Positions 1-10,365 of a stretch of 64,000 bases of DNA are shown in pieces. The stretch comes from an uncultured virus (IMG/VR IMGVR_UViG_3300020048_000098) (taxonomy: Duplodnaviria > Heunggongvirae > Uroviricota > Caudoviricetes), in IMG/VR virus record IMGVR_UViG_3300020048_000098, positions 1 to 64,000 of that record; one strand, given 5' to 3'. The first letter of the stretch is position 1. Each line of letters opens with the position of its first letter. A program made the position numbers and the translations under genes. The notes beneath the pieces were generated by a model. The model was given only the letters and a program-made list of their open reading frames with translations, was not told where the DNA came from and did no database searches.

Positions 1-99
1 AGTATCAGTGGCTGTAGTAATTAACCCTGTGGAGTCCCCAGCAAAGGAGGGTAGTGTAAACAGGGCAAGTAATGTTGCGATGATAATAAACTTTTTCAT
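1..99 (-). CDS. Partial gene (runs off window): secreted or membrane protein, possibly holin-like
   Basis: Hand translation from ATG at 99: MKKFIIIATLLALFTLPSFAGDSTGLITTATDT...; signal-peptide-like N-terminus. Confidence 0.5.
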   Translation of the reverse strand, partial: MKKFIIIATLLALFTLPSFAGDSTGLITTATDT

Positions 100-159
100 G
101 TTGGTTTTTGTTAGTGAATATTAGGTTAAAGAATTTTAATGTAATAGTCTCTAAGTTAA

Positions 160-327
160 CTATAGAGTTATACCGTACCTAATTAAGGTAGCTTCTTTAT
201 CTGCTATATATTTTGCGGATAAATCGGTTAGTACTGTGACATCTGAAACGTGTTCAATTGAAGTTTGGAACTCAATCAGTAATGTAGAAAGTTCCTTAAC
301 TAATTCATCTGGGTATTGTTGTAACAT
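160..327 (-). CDS. Small hypothetical protein (55 aa), possible fibre-associated protein
   Basis: Hand translation MLQQYPDELVKELSTLLIEFQTSIEHVSDVTVLTDLSAKYIADKEATLIRYGITL*; starts 6 nt after the stop of 334..1488; below the ORF-track cutoff. Confidence 0.6.
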   Translation of the reverse strand: MLQQYPDELVKELSTLLIEFQTSIEHVSDVTVLTDLSAKYIADKEATLIRYGITL

Positions 328-333
328 GGTATT

Positions 334-1488
334 TTAATTTAGAGGTTGGCATAGCATAGTTCTTTGGTCTAGGAGTTGTTGGAAGTCCATACATAGGATA
401 CTATCCCCACTGTAGGTTGAGGACCAGAACTTCCCGTTCTTATCTATACAACCTGGGCCCCATTTAGATGAACCCGACATAGCCGGTATCTCTTCTGTAG
501 TACCTCTAATCCAATCTACTTTAAGTATATTGGCAGCGGAGTCAGGAATCATATAGATGAAACCATCTGGGGCATAGATTGCTTGTGTATAGGCTAGGGT
601 ACCCCCATTTACATAAGATCCTATCAATCTTCCTTTCTTTGTATGTGTATTTATCTCCAAAACTCTATCTGCAGAGCCAGGAGCACAATAAATACAACCA
701 TTTGGTGCTAACACTCCACCCTTATAGCCAAAAGAAGCAAATCCATTAGTTGGCATCGCTACAAGTTCATAACTTTTCTTCCATACATCATAAACAACGC
801 AATTATCATCATCTCTTGGTATAAACCATATTCTTCCGTTTGGTGCCATAATTGCTCCACCATAATAACCACTTCCAGAAAGAATTAAAGATGTTCCTGT
901 TGTTCTATTGGCAGTATCTATCCACTGAACAGATGTTGTAGATGATGTTCCTGGTGTTAAATAAAATAAACCATCAGGTCCATAACATCCCCCATTATAG
1001 TTTCCTTCAAGAACATTTGTGAAACTTGAAGTATCTATTGTTTTTGTGTATGGGTTTATAATCCCAATAGGTGTAGTTATACTTGGAATACAATAAATCA
1101 ACCCATCTTTACCAAGAAAACCCCCCCGCCATTTAGTTGAACCTGAACCTGCTGCTCCAAAGAATATTGCATCACCAACATTTGGGTCAACTTCGCAAAC
1201 TTCAGTTGCCGAGTAAGGTATCATATAGATTTTCCCATTAGGGTGGTATACGGAACCCCAGTAAGCAGAACTAACGGGTGTTGTATTACCATATACATAA
1301 ATCTTATTAGCCCCTAAATCAACTGGGTTTATGAAATCCATGAGCCCAGGTACTAACTGGTTTGGGTTCATGTAGTCTAGGTAGGTCATGGGGTCATTCA
1401 TACCCGGTTGGGACCAGTCAAGAGAACCCAGGTTGGTTCTTTGGCCAATACCTGGGTTCCGTTGTAGTTGAGTAGAGTTTTTTAGCAT
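334..1488 (-). CDS. Beta-propeller repeat protein, putative receptor-binding or tail accessory protein
   Basis: About 7 repeats of [WY]xG(G/A)xxxP[DN]GxIYxIP; lies downstream of the tail fibre. Confidence 0.6.
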   Translation of the reverse strand: MLKNSTQLQRNPGIGQRTNLGSLDWSQPGMNDPMTYLDYMNPNQLVPGLMDFINPVDLGANKIYVYGNTTPVSSAYWGSVYHPNGKIYMIPYSATEVCEVDPNVGDAIFFGAAGSGSTKWRGGFLGKDGLIYCIPSITTPIGIINPYTKTIDTSSFTNVLEGNYNGGCYGPDGLFYLTPGTSSTTSVQWIDTANRTTGTSLILSGSGYYGGAIMAPNGRIWFIPRDDDNCVVYDVWKKSYELVAMPTNGFASFGYKGGVLAPNGCIYCAPGSADRVLEINTHTKKGRLIGSYVNGGTLAYTQAIYAPDGFIYMIPDSAANILKVDWIRGTTEEIPAMSGSSKWGPGCIDKNGKFWSSTYSGDSILCMDFQQLLDQRTMLCQPLN

Positions 1489-1491
1489 GGC

Positions 1492-1908
1492 CTAGTAGTC
1501 GCCACCTTTAGCGATGATATCAACCTGTGATGCTGCTGCAAATACTGAAGCACATGCCTTAAGTAATTGCCCGGATTTAAGGAATAGACCTCCTGGGAAT
1601 GTGATGCTTGCTGCTGTACCTATAACTGAAGTTGAACGTGTAGCTGCGGGTACTGCTACTTCGTCGAGTAATTTAGGGTTTGCTCCCCCGGTATCTGTAA
1701 CAAAGATTCTAACAACTAAGGCAGTTGATAAAGCTGCAGTAGTTTGAGAGTTTCTAATTAGGATGCTATCTACCCTTGAGCCATCTGTTGCTGCTGTAAA
1801 GAGGGTTAGTAAGTTTCCTGAACCATCAGAAGCAGTGTTTGCTTCGATTGTCCTTGCAAACCCCATGTTTGGGGTTTTAACAAAGATTGGTGCTGTGTTT
1901 GCTGCCAT
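1492..1908 (-). CDS. Tail fibre-associated structural protein
   Basis: Ala/Thr-rich beta protein between the fibre and propeller genes. Confidence 0.5.
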   Translation of the reverse strand: MAANTAPIFVKTPNMGFARTIEANTASDGSGNLLTLFTAATDGSRVDSILIRNSQTTAALSTALVVRIFVTDTGGANPKLLDEVAVPAATRSTSVIGTAASITFPGGLFLKSGQLLKACASVFAAASQVDIIAKGGDY

Positions 1909-1919
1909 ATTGTTTTAGT

Positions 1920-4175
1920 TTATATAAAGTTATTGTTTAAAAATATTTTCTCTCCTACTCCCGTACCTGAGCCGGGTCCTGCAGATGCAACCAGGGGATT
2001 ATCTAATGTCCCATCCCCAGTGATGGTTACTCCGTCTACTGCTACTGTAGATAACCAGGAACCTGAGGGTGCTGCAGTTTGATTATACCTAGTACCTGTT
2101 AGGTTCTCTATAGAAATTACATGCCAATTATTAGCCGAGTACCTGATTATGAACTTAGTTAGGAATACGTACTCATTAGAGATAGTGGGCAATTGTCCCA
2201 GATTTAATGAGGAAGGTGTAAGGGCCTGAATAGTAGCAAGGGTTGCAGATTGTGTTTGACCTTGTACCCACATGTACCTGTACTGTATACTATCGTTATC
2301 TGTAGTTACTGGGACCCCTACTAAGAATATAGCTTGGTAGTTGTTATTAGTCATAAGGGTTTGTTGCCATGCCCCCCCAGTATATTGGTTGTAGTAGGGT
2401 TGATTAGATAACTCCGGTACTATCTGTGAAGCAGCAAGGTTAAATCCCGTTAAAGCTGAGGCACCAGTTAGGTAGAACTGGGTATAGGAAGCTGAATTTA
2501 AAGCCGCTAAAGTAGTGGGCAAGTCCTCATCTTTTATAGATGTAGCAGAAACAAAGGGCTGTTTAAGAGTGGTAGATAGTAAGGTTACATTAGTTATATC
2601 TGCACCACTTACTTTGTAAGTACCCAAGGTTTGGTGAAGTTCTTGATGAGTTTCATAATCCATAAGCCCATGAACTTCCCTGATACCAAATATTGGGTTT
2701 GTACCACTATTAGCAATGGCAGCAATCATAGCCTCATCGAAAGTCCAGAGTGTAGTACTCCAAGAGAACCCTGATTGATTATACTTCAGGAAAGCCGTAG
2801 CTGTTAACCCCACAGAATGGGCTGGTGATGTCCAGGTACCTCCCGCAAGGTAGTTTAGTATAATTGCCCCTTTGTATAGTAATACGAAGTTACCGGTTAA
2901 ACTTACAGTCCTATTTACAGCATTGTATGTTTCTACTATGGTATCATTGCCATAAAAACCCGTATAGTCTGACCCATACAGTAGGATATTTCTTAACCGT
3001 GGGTCATTCTTCCATGTAGTAGAGGCTAAGTCATACATTAAAGTATCACCATCTAGGGGAGTGGTGATAAGAACATCATGTTGCTCAGATAGTTCAGAAC
3101 CTATATCGATTGTAACAAATATATTTATATTAGCCCCTGACTTGTCAGTGATAAACCCTATACGTACCCCCTGGGCAGGAGCAGCGGGTCTTATAGTTGT
3201 CATGTGGCCAGCTTCTTCCGATAACCATAGTGCTGCACCTTCTACCCATAGGGTATTGGATTCACCAGTTTGAATAACATTTGAAATAGGTATAGTTGAT
3301 ACATTACCAAAACTGCAATATCTACCTCTACCATTACCAGTATGGACAATATCTTGGGTAGCTATAGCCACTGAGTAACTTGTTAATTCAGATGAAGCAT
3401 CAGCTACTTTTACTACCGGGAATTTACCTGTTCCGGATTGTACATAAACAACTATACCATTGAGATGCGTAAAGGTATCCCCATTCTTCATAAGGGGTGT
3501 TACTTCACCCCCGAAGTTATAGTATGTATCTGCAGATGTTTTTAGCACCCAGTCCCCCTGGTCTGAATTATAGAAGGTAGTTCCTATAGGAAGTGATTCA
3601 GCCTGTATATCTGTATAAGAAGCATTGATTAATATGTTATCGGGGTTTATTGATTGGCCTGCATGGGTATGTGCAGTTGCTGCTTTCCCATCTAAACTAT
3701 CCTTAACTAGTTTTTCACTTGGGTAGTGTAAGTCATCTGGGACTACCTGGAATGTGCTCCTTCTGTTAGATACGTTTTCGGGTGTAAACCCTAAAGCTGG
3801 TTGTTTACTATTGAAAGTATTCCAATCAGTACTTGATAATTTACCTGTGGTTGATGTGTTAGCTGTTGGGATAGTTACTGCACCTGTTGACCCATCTACA
3901 GAAGTTACTTGACCTTTGGTATCTGTATCTTTCCAAGCACTAGTTGCTCCATCCCATACCCATACAGTATCAGTTTCCCCTACTACTACGAACCACCCCA
4001 CTTGTGGGTTAAGGGGGTCGAAATCTATTAGGTCAGCAACTAGAGCTACATACCCCTTATTGGAATTCTCAAAGAGGTTTAAGTAGGATTCAAGTAAGTC
4101 CCAGAAATCCTGTTGGGTTGGTTTAGCACCGGTTACGAATTTAGCTTTTAATTGAGCTATTGTTTTAATTGCCAT
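1920..4175 (-). CDS. Tail fibre protein
   Basis: Fibre-type segments (KPTQQDFWDL, VTSVDGSTGAV, GKLSSTDWNTFNSKQ, TITGDGT); position after baseplate genes. Confidence 0.75.
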   Translation of the reverse strand: MAIKTIAQLKAKFVTGAKPTQQDFWDLLESYLNLFENSNKGYVALVADLIDFDPLNPQVGWFVVVGETDTVWVWDGATSAWKDTDTKGQVTSVDGSTGAVTIPTANTSTTGKLSSTDWNTFNSKQPALGFTPENVSNRRSTFQVVPDDLHYPSEKLVKDSLDGKAATAHTHAGQSINPDNILINASYTDIQAESLPIGTTFYNSDQGDWVLKTSADTYYNFGGEVTPLMKNGDTFTHLNGIVVYVQSGTGKFPVVKVADASSELTSYSVAIATQDIVHTGNGRGRYCSFGNVSTIPISNVIQTGESNTLWVEGAALWLSEEAGHMTTIRPAAPAQGVRIGFITDKSGANINIFVTIDIGSELSEQHDVLITTPLDGDTLMYDLASTTWKNDPRLRNILLYGSDYTGFYGNDTIVETYNAVNRTVSLTGNFVLLYKGAIILNYLAGGTWTSPAHSVGLTATAFLKYNQSGFSWSTTLWTFDEAMIAAIANSGTNPIFGIREVHGLMDYETHQELHQTLGTYKVSGADITNVTLLSTTLKQPFVSATSIKDEDLPTTLAALNSASYTQFYLTGASALTGFNLAASQIVPELSNQPYYNQYTGGAWQQTLMTNNNYQAIFLVGVPVTTDNDSIQYRYMWVQGQTQSATLATIQALTPSSLNLGQLPTISNEYVFLTKFIIRYSANNWHVISIENLTGTRYNQTAAPSGSWLSTVAVDGVTITGDGTLDNPLVASAGPGSGTGVGEKIFLNNNFI

Positions 4176-4186
4176 ATCCTTTATTT

Positions 4187-5038
4187 TTAATTTACTTCAA
4201 AATCATTTTCTATTGCCCAATATCCTATACCAGCGTTAGTTTGATTACCTTGGCAATCGAAATACCCGGTCCATAGGTTAATTGGGTTACTATCATCAAA
4301 GAACATACCATCATCTGTTAAATGTCCATCATCATATATATAGGGTTCTAACCTCCAAACTAATATGTCCTCTTCCATACATACCCCTTGTTCTTCCACT
4401 AATGCCACGTTGTTGGATAGGTTAGCAAGTACAGCATTTATCGGTTCTAGGAATTTTACTATGGATTGCAGTTTACCTAAGGTATCAGCACTGATGGGGT
4501 AGATAGTGTTATTATCATTCCTTATATCAGTGAAAGCTAAAGAGTATCCTGAGCAGGTACTACATCCCTCATCATAGTATACATCTATGGTATCATATAC
4601 TAAGCCCTCATCGTATAGCATTGAATTTTGGGGTATCTCTATGATGTTTACGTTATACCCTAGTAAACCAAAGAATAACTCGTAAGATAATCTAGTTCCT
4701 TTAATCTTATAAACGCTAGCAATATACCTTAGTAACTTACGATATTTACGGGATATCTCATCTACTGGTACTTCACCCAGGAATATGTCTGGGGGATTAC
4801 CCAAGCAATCCGAGAGGTGTACTAAGAATTCATAGGGAGCTTGTTCACCTTTTAAATCCCAAGCTACTTGGTTTAGTAGGTAGTCTGTTAGGTATGGTAC
4901 TAACTCCTCATCCAATTCCTCACCTATAGCTTGGGTATACCTTTGAAATATACCCTCGCCATTAACGTCTTTATACGTATCTTCCCGATAGAATCGGGAA
5001 GGTAGTAAGTTAAATATCCATGTCTTAAAAGTTACCAT
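4187..5038 (-). CDS. Baseplate wedge / tail protein I-like (P2 gpI-like)
   Basis: NLLP..Y at N-terminus, YKIKGT..SYELFF..LGY motif; follows baseplate J. Confidence 0.7.
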   Translation of the reverse strand: MVTFKTWIFNLLPSRFYREDTYKDVNGEGIFQRYTQAIGEELDEELVPYLTDYLLNQVAWDLKGEQAPYEFLVHLSDCLGNPPDIFLGEVPVDEISRKYRKLLRYIASVYKIKGTRLSYELFFGLLGYNVNIIEIPQNSMLYDEGLVYDTIDVYYDEGCSTCSGYSLAFTDIRNDNNTIYPISADTLGKLQSIVKFLEPINAVLANLSNNVALVEEQGVCMEEDILVWRLEPYIYDDGHLTDDGMFFDDSNPINLWTGYFDCQGNQTNAGIGYWAIENDFEVN

Positions 5039-6783
5039 TAGTTTCCAAGATAAAAGTTTTCATGTATTGTTAATGTATTGATAATATCTGAGGTATCGAT
5101 TACCGGGATAGAGAAGTCATCAATTACAATGTCTTGGTTATAGGCATAAGCAACAAATTGCCAAGTACTACCATCTTGGTAAGGTACTGTTGGGGCGTAT
5201 AGAGTGAAGTTGATACCTGCGTTGGTGAATAGTGATATAAAACTTACCCCATAAGTTAAGTATGTACTGAGGGGTGCATTATTTTGATAAACCCTGAATC
5301 TGGGTGAACCCCCATTTTGTTCGTACCGTAATTTCCAGGTTTGTTTGGTAGAGTTAGTGGATAATACTGTTACCCCAGAGTTTAATCCAAAGTATAGCAA
5401 ACTATCATTCGAATCCAATGGGAAAGGGAATGGCCTTAAGTATATACCCTTTAGTTTTAGGTAATCTACCTTTTCTAAGTTATCTACTAAAGCAATGATA
5501 TCTGATGTACGTACTGCCCTATTTATGGTAGAGTTAGTCCTGGAGTATTCCCTAGTGAGTACTGAGATTATATCTGATTGTGAAGCTGCAGCTGGTACTC
5601 TAAACCGGTTAGTTACTTCTAAGTCTAACATGATATGGCTTTCTCCGGCTGATTTGATATGTATAAAGCTGGTTACCATCTTCCGGTCATCCATGTAGAG
5701 TTTAACTAAATCCCTTAATCCCGTATCTGCATACCCTCCCAGAGTTGGGTAGATGTATACATAGATATCTTTACCGCAAGTGAAATCCACATAAGCCCGA
5801 GATACTCCATTGTACATCTCAGCAATATCTACATGGTCCTGTTTAGTTACTGCCCTATCTAAGGTACGTAAGCTGAGCGGTATATTCTTTTTAAGCTGTG
5901 TTAAAGTTTCATACCCTACTCCACCAGTAGAACCTAAGGGGTTAGTTATAGTTATAGAGGATATAGTAGGAGTTTGGGTTGGTATAGCTAATGGGGTTTT
6001 AGGGATAGTTAAGGTATTAGCTAAGATATCCCCGTTACTACCCAAGCATCTAGCTAAGCCCCCAGTTATCGGTAGGGTGTTACCGGGTATAGCACCGAAG
6101 GTACCATCCCCAAATACCAGGTAAGCTAAACCATCTTCCCGTACCTCTATAGTATAATGCTTATCAGTGCTAAGAGAACGGCCAAAGCTTTCTACAAAAT
6201 CCCAAAGGGTAGAACCAACTAATACTGTATCTGAGCCCTCAACATAATCTGCTCCTAATAAGTAGGATTGGTTTGGTAACCCAGTAGATTGGTAGTTTAT
6301 ACCCGCAGGATAATATGTTCTTTGGTAAGCTGTGAATGCCCCACTACTAGAACCACTTGGGATATGTACTATCTCAGTATTAGTAAAAGGTATACCAGTA
6401 GTAGTTAAGAATACAGTATTAATTGGGATTACATAATCACTTGTTAATATTACTGGATTACCCAGCGCATCTTTGAAAGTAATATAAACAGTACAGCTGG
6501 AAGATGTAGAGGTTTTAATTCTATAATCAACCAGCTTAGATAGTTTTACTACTGATGAATACCTACGGGCAGTAGATACGAAAGCTTCCCTAGCCATATT
6601 ATCTAGGTAGTAGTGTAGAGTTTCTGTTATCCCCGCAACTATATTAAGTAGGATAATAAGTGGGTTTGAATCCCTATAATCTTTTATCTCTGGAGTAAGT
6701 ACCCGCATTTTACCAATTATAGAATTCTTAATGGTAGTGTAATTGCGGCTTACATATCCTATCCATGGATTTTGTAGTAACAT
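5038..6783 (-). CDS. Baseplate wedge protein (baseplate J / T4 gp6-like)
   Basis: EAFVSTARRYSSV, FGDGTFG, RAVTKQD motifs. Confidence 0.85.
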   Translation of the reverse strand: MLLQNPWIGYVSRNYTTIKNSIIGKMRVLTPEIKDYRDSNPLIILLNIVAGITETLHYYLDNMAREAFVSTARRYSSVVKLSKLVDYRIKTSTSSSCTVYITFKDALGNPVILTSDYVIPINTVFLTTTGIPFTNTEIVHIPSGSSSGAFTAYQRTYYPAGINYQSTGLPNQSYLLGADYVEGSDTVLVGSTLWDFVESFGRSLSTDKHYTIEVREDGLAYLVFGDGTFGAIPGNTLPITGGLARCLGSNGDILANTLTIPKTPLAIPTQTPTISSITITNPLGSTGGVGYETLTQLKKNIPLSLRTLDRAVTKQDHVDIAEMYNGVSRAYVDFTCGKDIYVYIYPTLGGYADTGLRDLVKLYMDDRKMVTSFIHIKSAGESHIMLDLEVTNRFRVPAAASQSDIISVLTREYSRTNSTINRAVRTSDIIALVDNLEKVDYLKLKGIYLRPFPFPLDSNDSLLYFGLNSGVTVLSTNSTKQTWKLRYEQNGGSPRFRVYQNNAPLSTYLTYGVSFISLFTNAGINFTLYAPTVPYQDGSTWQFVAYAYNQDIVIDDFSIPVIDTSDIINTLTIHENFYLGN

Positions 6784-6784
6784 A

Positions 6785-7165
6785 TTATAATAAGTTTAGT
6801 GTTAGGTTAGTAGTATCAGTAATACCTACTGAAGTTATCTCATAACGTATATTTACTTCTAAAGTTTCCGGGGAAGTCCTTGTTACAGTAGCGTCTAGAA
6901 CTGTCACCCTATCTTCATAAGATGATATTGCTTCTTTTACATAGAAACTGGCTAGTCCTGCCAGTATTTCATCGTTGGGTTCTTCTAATAAATCAAATAC
7001 CCTACTACCAAAAGACATAGAAAACCACCTTGTAAATTTAGGCCAAGATAATATGGTTTGTATAGAACCAACTATGGATTCTTGTAGCGTTGCTAAGGGT
7101 ACGTCCCCATTGGGCCCTATTATTATCGGAAAAACTAATCCTACTTTATCGTGTATATTTCCCAT
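6785..7165 (-). CDS. Baseplate wedge subunit gp25/GPW-like
   Basis: R....FGSRVFDLLEEP and AISSYEDRV motifs. Confidence 0.85.
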   Translation of the reverse strand: MGNIHDKVGLVFPIIIGPNGDVPLATLQESIVGSIQTILSWPKFTRWFSMSFGSRVFDLLEEPNDEILAGLASFYVKEAISSYEDRVTVLDATVTRTSPETLEVNIRYEITSVGITDTTNLTLNLL

Positions 7166-7186
7166 GATTCATTCTTTATAGACTTG

Positions 7187-7864
7187 TTAATGCTTAATTT
7201 TTGTATCCTCGAAATCACTAACCTTAGAGTCAGGTACTAAATAAGTTATTACCCTCAGTGGGTCTGTTATAACTCCTGCTAAAGCCCCAGCTACCGGGTG
7301 GGTATGGGCATTGTATTTGGATTTGATTTCCCCTAGTTCTTTCTCATAGTCATTTAGCCTTGCAACTAACTTACTAAGGATAGTTATGCCTTCAGTACCC
7401 TGGTTGAATACTATATCCTCCTTAGTAATCTTAATCTCATTCCCATCGTTATGTTTAATAAGGATAGTGTCAGTTAAGTCATCTACTGTGATTGAATGGC
7501 CATTAAGCGTTTTATACCCGAATAGTTTAGTGTTCTTAAACTCTTCAGGTAATTTACCTACTAGAGGATAACCTAAACTCCACATGGGTTGGGCTGGGTT
7601 ACCAGCTTCAAATTCTACCCATACCATGTCACCATAGTCGGGCATGTTCTGGGCAATTGCCCCATGAGAACCCATACCTTTGGGGTAAGCCCAAGCTCCT
7701 GAGGAGTCTGGCCCATATACTTGAGGTACTAATACCTTTACCCTACCATGGCCTTCAGGGTCTTCATTATCTGTTACAAAGCCCCGGTAACTACTGTAGT
7801 ATTTACCGAGAGCTTCCAAACCTATAGTTTGTATCTTAGTTACGAATTCTGATATGAGTGTCAT
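7187..7864 (-). CDS. Baseplate spike (gpV / gp5 OB-fold)
   Basis: DPEGHGRVKV..P, VWVEFEAGNPAQP, C-terminal HTH iron-binding motif (NAHTHP). Confidence 0.85.
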   Translation of the reverse strand: MTLISEFVTKIQTIGLEALGKYYSSYRGFVTDNEDPEGHGRVKVLVPQVYGPDSSGAWAYPKGMGSHGAIAQNMPDYGDMVWVEFEAGNPAQPMWSLGYPLVGKLPEEFKNTKLFGYKTLNGHSITVDDLTDTILIKHNDGNEIKITKEDIVFNQGTEGITILSKLVARLNDYEKELGEIKSKYNAHTHPVAGALAGVITDPLRVITYLVPDSKVSDFEDTKIKH

Positions 7865-7879
7865 AGTTTTTTATTAAAG

Positions 7880-10123
7880 TTATAAATCAGAGGTATCTTC
7901 GGGTCCTACCAAGAAGTTGATGGTATTCTCAATTACCCTCTCGTAGAAACCTTTTTGTGTTGGGGGATTGGGAGTGTTATCATCTTCCTTATAATTGGGG
8001 TCAGAGGCTGCCGGGGGGGTTGTCTTCTCCATGGTTTCTAACTCAGCTGGAGTTTTGAAAGCACCCTTCTCACCCTCCATATAAACATGGGGCATAGTAT
8101 TAACCCATTTCTTATTCTCATCCTCTTGGTATATATGGATAGCATCTACATTAGCATACCCGTGGGGGAAGGCCCTTTCTAATACTAACCTTATATCTTG
8201 GCGAGTTTGTCTGTAGTATATTTTCTCAGTGGATTTACCGTTTACGACCGTAACTACCTTGTAGTTTTGGTAGGTCTTATCGGAGAAATCCCCGAGGGTC
8301 ATTTCCTTGGTGAATTTAAGAGCATCAGCTATATTGGGGTTATTTAAAGCTTTAATCTTCTTTTGGGTAACTGTTATGAATTGTGTTGTCTTCATAGTAG
8401 TAGGATACTTAGTCCTATCGAACCCTTCCATTTTTACTGTATACCCTGAACCTTCTGATAGGGTATGGCATACTTTAGTTAGGTAGTATTTACCATTATC
8501 TTTCTTAGATAACCCAGCAACCTCTACTACTACCCCCGAGGTAATGTAGGGGTCACCCAGGATAGTCATGTTTATTTTATTTCTTTCCTCAGAGTCATCC
8601 CCATTCCCATTGATTACCTGGTTATCTATTTCTTCCTGTAACTCCTCAGCCATGGGTTTAAATTCGAGGTGTCTTAGCTGTATAAGAGCAGTTTCATCTC
8701 TACCAGGGTGCCAGGTGCCATCTTTACTTAATTGGTAGGATTGGTCCGGTAAACCTATAGTATAGTAATGCTTTGGTTTAGGCATTTCCCCCTTTTGGAA
8801 ACTGGATAGGATACTTTTATTGTAATCTATCTCAGCATACTTATCTCTAGCCTGGTCCGGGGTAAAGGTGTCATCAGGTTTAACTTTCTCTACCTGTTTA
8901 TAATCTGATAATACAACTTGGCCAGTTTTAGGGTCAATCTTTAATACCCCTTTCATGGATTTAGATTTGTATTTATTGGATGAGTCAAAGGTAAAGTCTA
9001 ATAAATCCCCATCACTATATATCATTGAACCAGTACCTATAATATTATCTTTTACCTCACCCCCAAAGTTATACTCCCGGTAGGCAGGTTGTTTAAAGTT
9101 CATATTAGAGATAATCATACCATTTCCCCGGCCAGTAACTTTCCAAGGGCCTCCCTTGTTTTTACTTACAGCATTTTTAATACCCTCTGCGTAGTTGGCA
9201 TTAAATTGTTTTGATTTGAGGTTCTTTTCCTTCTCTGGGAATAGTTTAGCATCGTTAGCTTCTTGTTCTGGGGTAGCCATACCAGCGTATTCAGCCATCT
9301 CGGTATCGTATTGTTCCCGAGTTATCCATTCTTCTTTTAAAACTCCTGAGCCGTTTATTATCTTATTAGCTCCTAAAGCCCCAGTAGGGCTATCCTCTAC
9401 CCGTAGATTTTTACCATCTTTACCCGTAAATATAGATTCTGTACCCCATATTTCCTCTGGTAAGTAGTGTTTCTTTAATACTCTTCTTACGTAGTTTCCT
9501 TTAGCATCTGAATCCTTCATCATATCCTCAGCAGCATCTGTAAGGGTTTTTGGGGTATATAAAGAGTATACCTGCACCATACTTGATTTAGCTGCTACTA
9601 CGTGTACGTCTATAACGGAGTTTGCGGCATCTACGAAAGCTGCGAATTCATCACTTGTGGATATCTCATTAGTTTTTTCTTGTAGGAAGAAACTAAAGTT
9701 GTCTGTACCGGTTATAGTGATTGATATTTCTGTGGGAGTATAAGAACGGTTTACATCACGAATCATAACCTGTATAGGATTACGAAGTAATATTGAGTTA
9801 CCGTTATCATCTGCGGAGGGTAGTATAAAACCCCATTGAACCCATATCTTACTTTTTATGGGTAAGTTCACTGAATCTAATAGAGCAATACTGTTAGTGA
9901 CAATCTTAATGGTGCAAGTGTCATCTTCTAGTGACTTTTCATTAAATTCATAGGAGAATTCAGATAAATGATAGTAATCTTCACTAGGATTTACTCCTTC
10001 TCGGAGTTGTTGTTCTGTAAAAAGCCCCGTTAAATCTTGGAAGATATAAAGGGGATTCTTATTGATGTCCATAAGTTTTACTACGGGTGTTGCCGCAGTA
10101 TGTGGTAACATTACTTTACTCAT
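7880..10123 (-). CDS. Baseplate hub protein (gpD/gp27-like)
   Basis: C-terminal GDP.I..G.VVEV.GL....NGKYYLTKV.H.L....GYT motif; position between tail X-like and spike genes. Confidence 0.65.
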   Translation of the reverse strand: MSKVMLPHTAATPVVKLMDINKNPLYIFQDLTGLFTEQQLREGVNPSEDYYHLSEFSYEFNEKSLEDDTCTIKIVTNSIALLDSVNLPIKSKIWVQWGFILPSADDNGNSILLRNPIQVMIRDVNRSYTPTEISITITGTDNFSFFLQEKTNEISTSDEFAAFVDAANSVIDVHVVAAKSSMVQVYSLYTPKTLTDAAEDMMKDSDAKGNYVRRVLKKHYLPEEIWGTESIFTGKDGKNLRVEDSPTGALGANKIINGSGVLKEEWITREQYDTEMAEYAGMATPEQEANDAKLFPEKEKNLKSKQFNANYAEGIKNAVSKNKGGPWKVTGRGNGMIISNMNFKQPAYREYNFGGEVKDNIIGTGSMIYSDGDLLDFTFDSSNKYKSKSMKGVLKIDPKTGQVVLSDYKQVEKVKPDDTFTPDQARDKYAEIDYNKSILSSFQKGEMPKPKHYYTIGLPDQSYQLSKDGTWHPGRDETALIQLRHLEFKPMAEELQEEIDNQVINGNGDDSEERNKINMTILGDPYITSGVVVEVAGLSKKDNGKYYLTKVCHTLSEGSGYTVKMEGFDRTKYPTTMKTTQFITVTQKKIKALNNPNIADALKFTKEMTLGDFSDKTYQNYKVVTVVNGKSTEKIYYRQTRQDIRLVLERAFPHGYANVDAIHIYQEDENKKWVNTMPHVYMEGEKGAFKTPAELETMEKTTPPAASDPNYKEDDNTPNPPTQKGFYERVIENTINFLVGPEDTSDL

Positions 10124-10365
10124 AGTGGTATATTTATTACAGTACCTGATTCTAATTCAAATGGGTTTAGTATATCATTGAAATCTGCTATCCTATACCA
10201 GTCCTGGGAATTACCGTAGTACCGGAAAGATAAATCCTGAAGAGTTTCACCATCTATCAGGATGTGTGTAGTTTTTAAGGTCTTAGTCTCAGTATCTGGT
10301 ATCCGTATTAATTGGGTAGTACCATCTAAGAATTCTAGGATAGTTGAGTTATCGTATAGTGCCAT
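10120..10365 (-). CDS. LysM / tail X-like baseplate protein
   Basis: GETLQDLSFRYYGNSQDWYRIADFN..LNP. Confidence 0.8.
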   Translation of the reverse strand: MALYDNSTILEFLDGTTQLIRIPDTETKTLKTTHILIDGETLQDLSFRYYGNSQDWYRIADFNDILNPFELESGTVINIPL

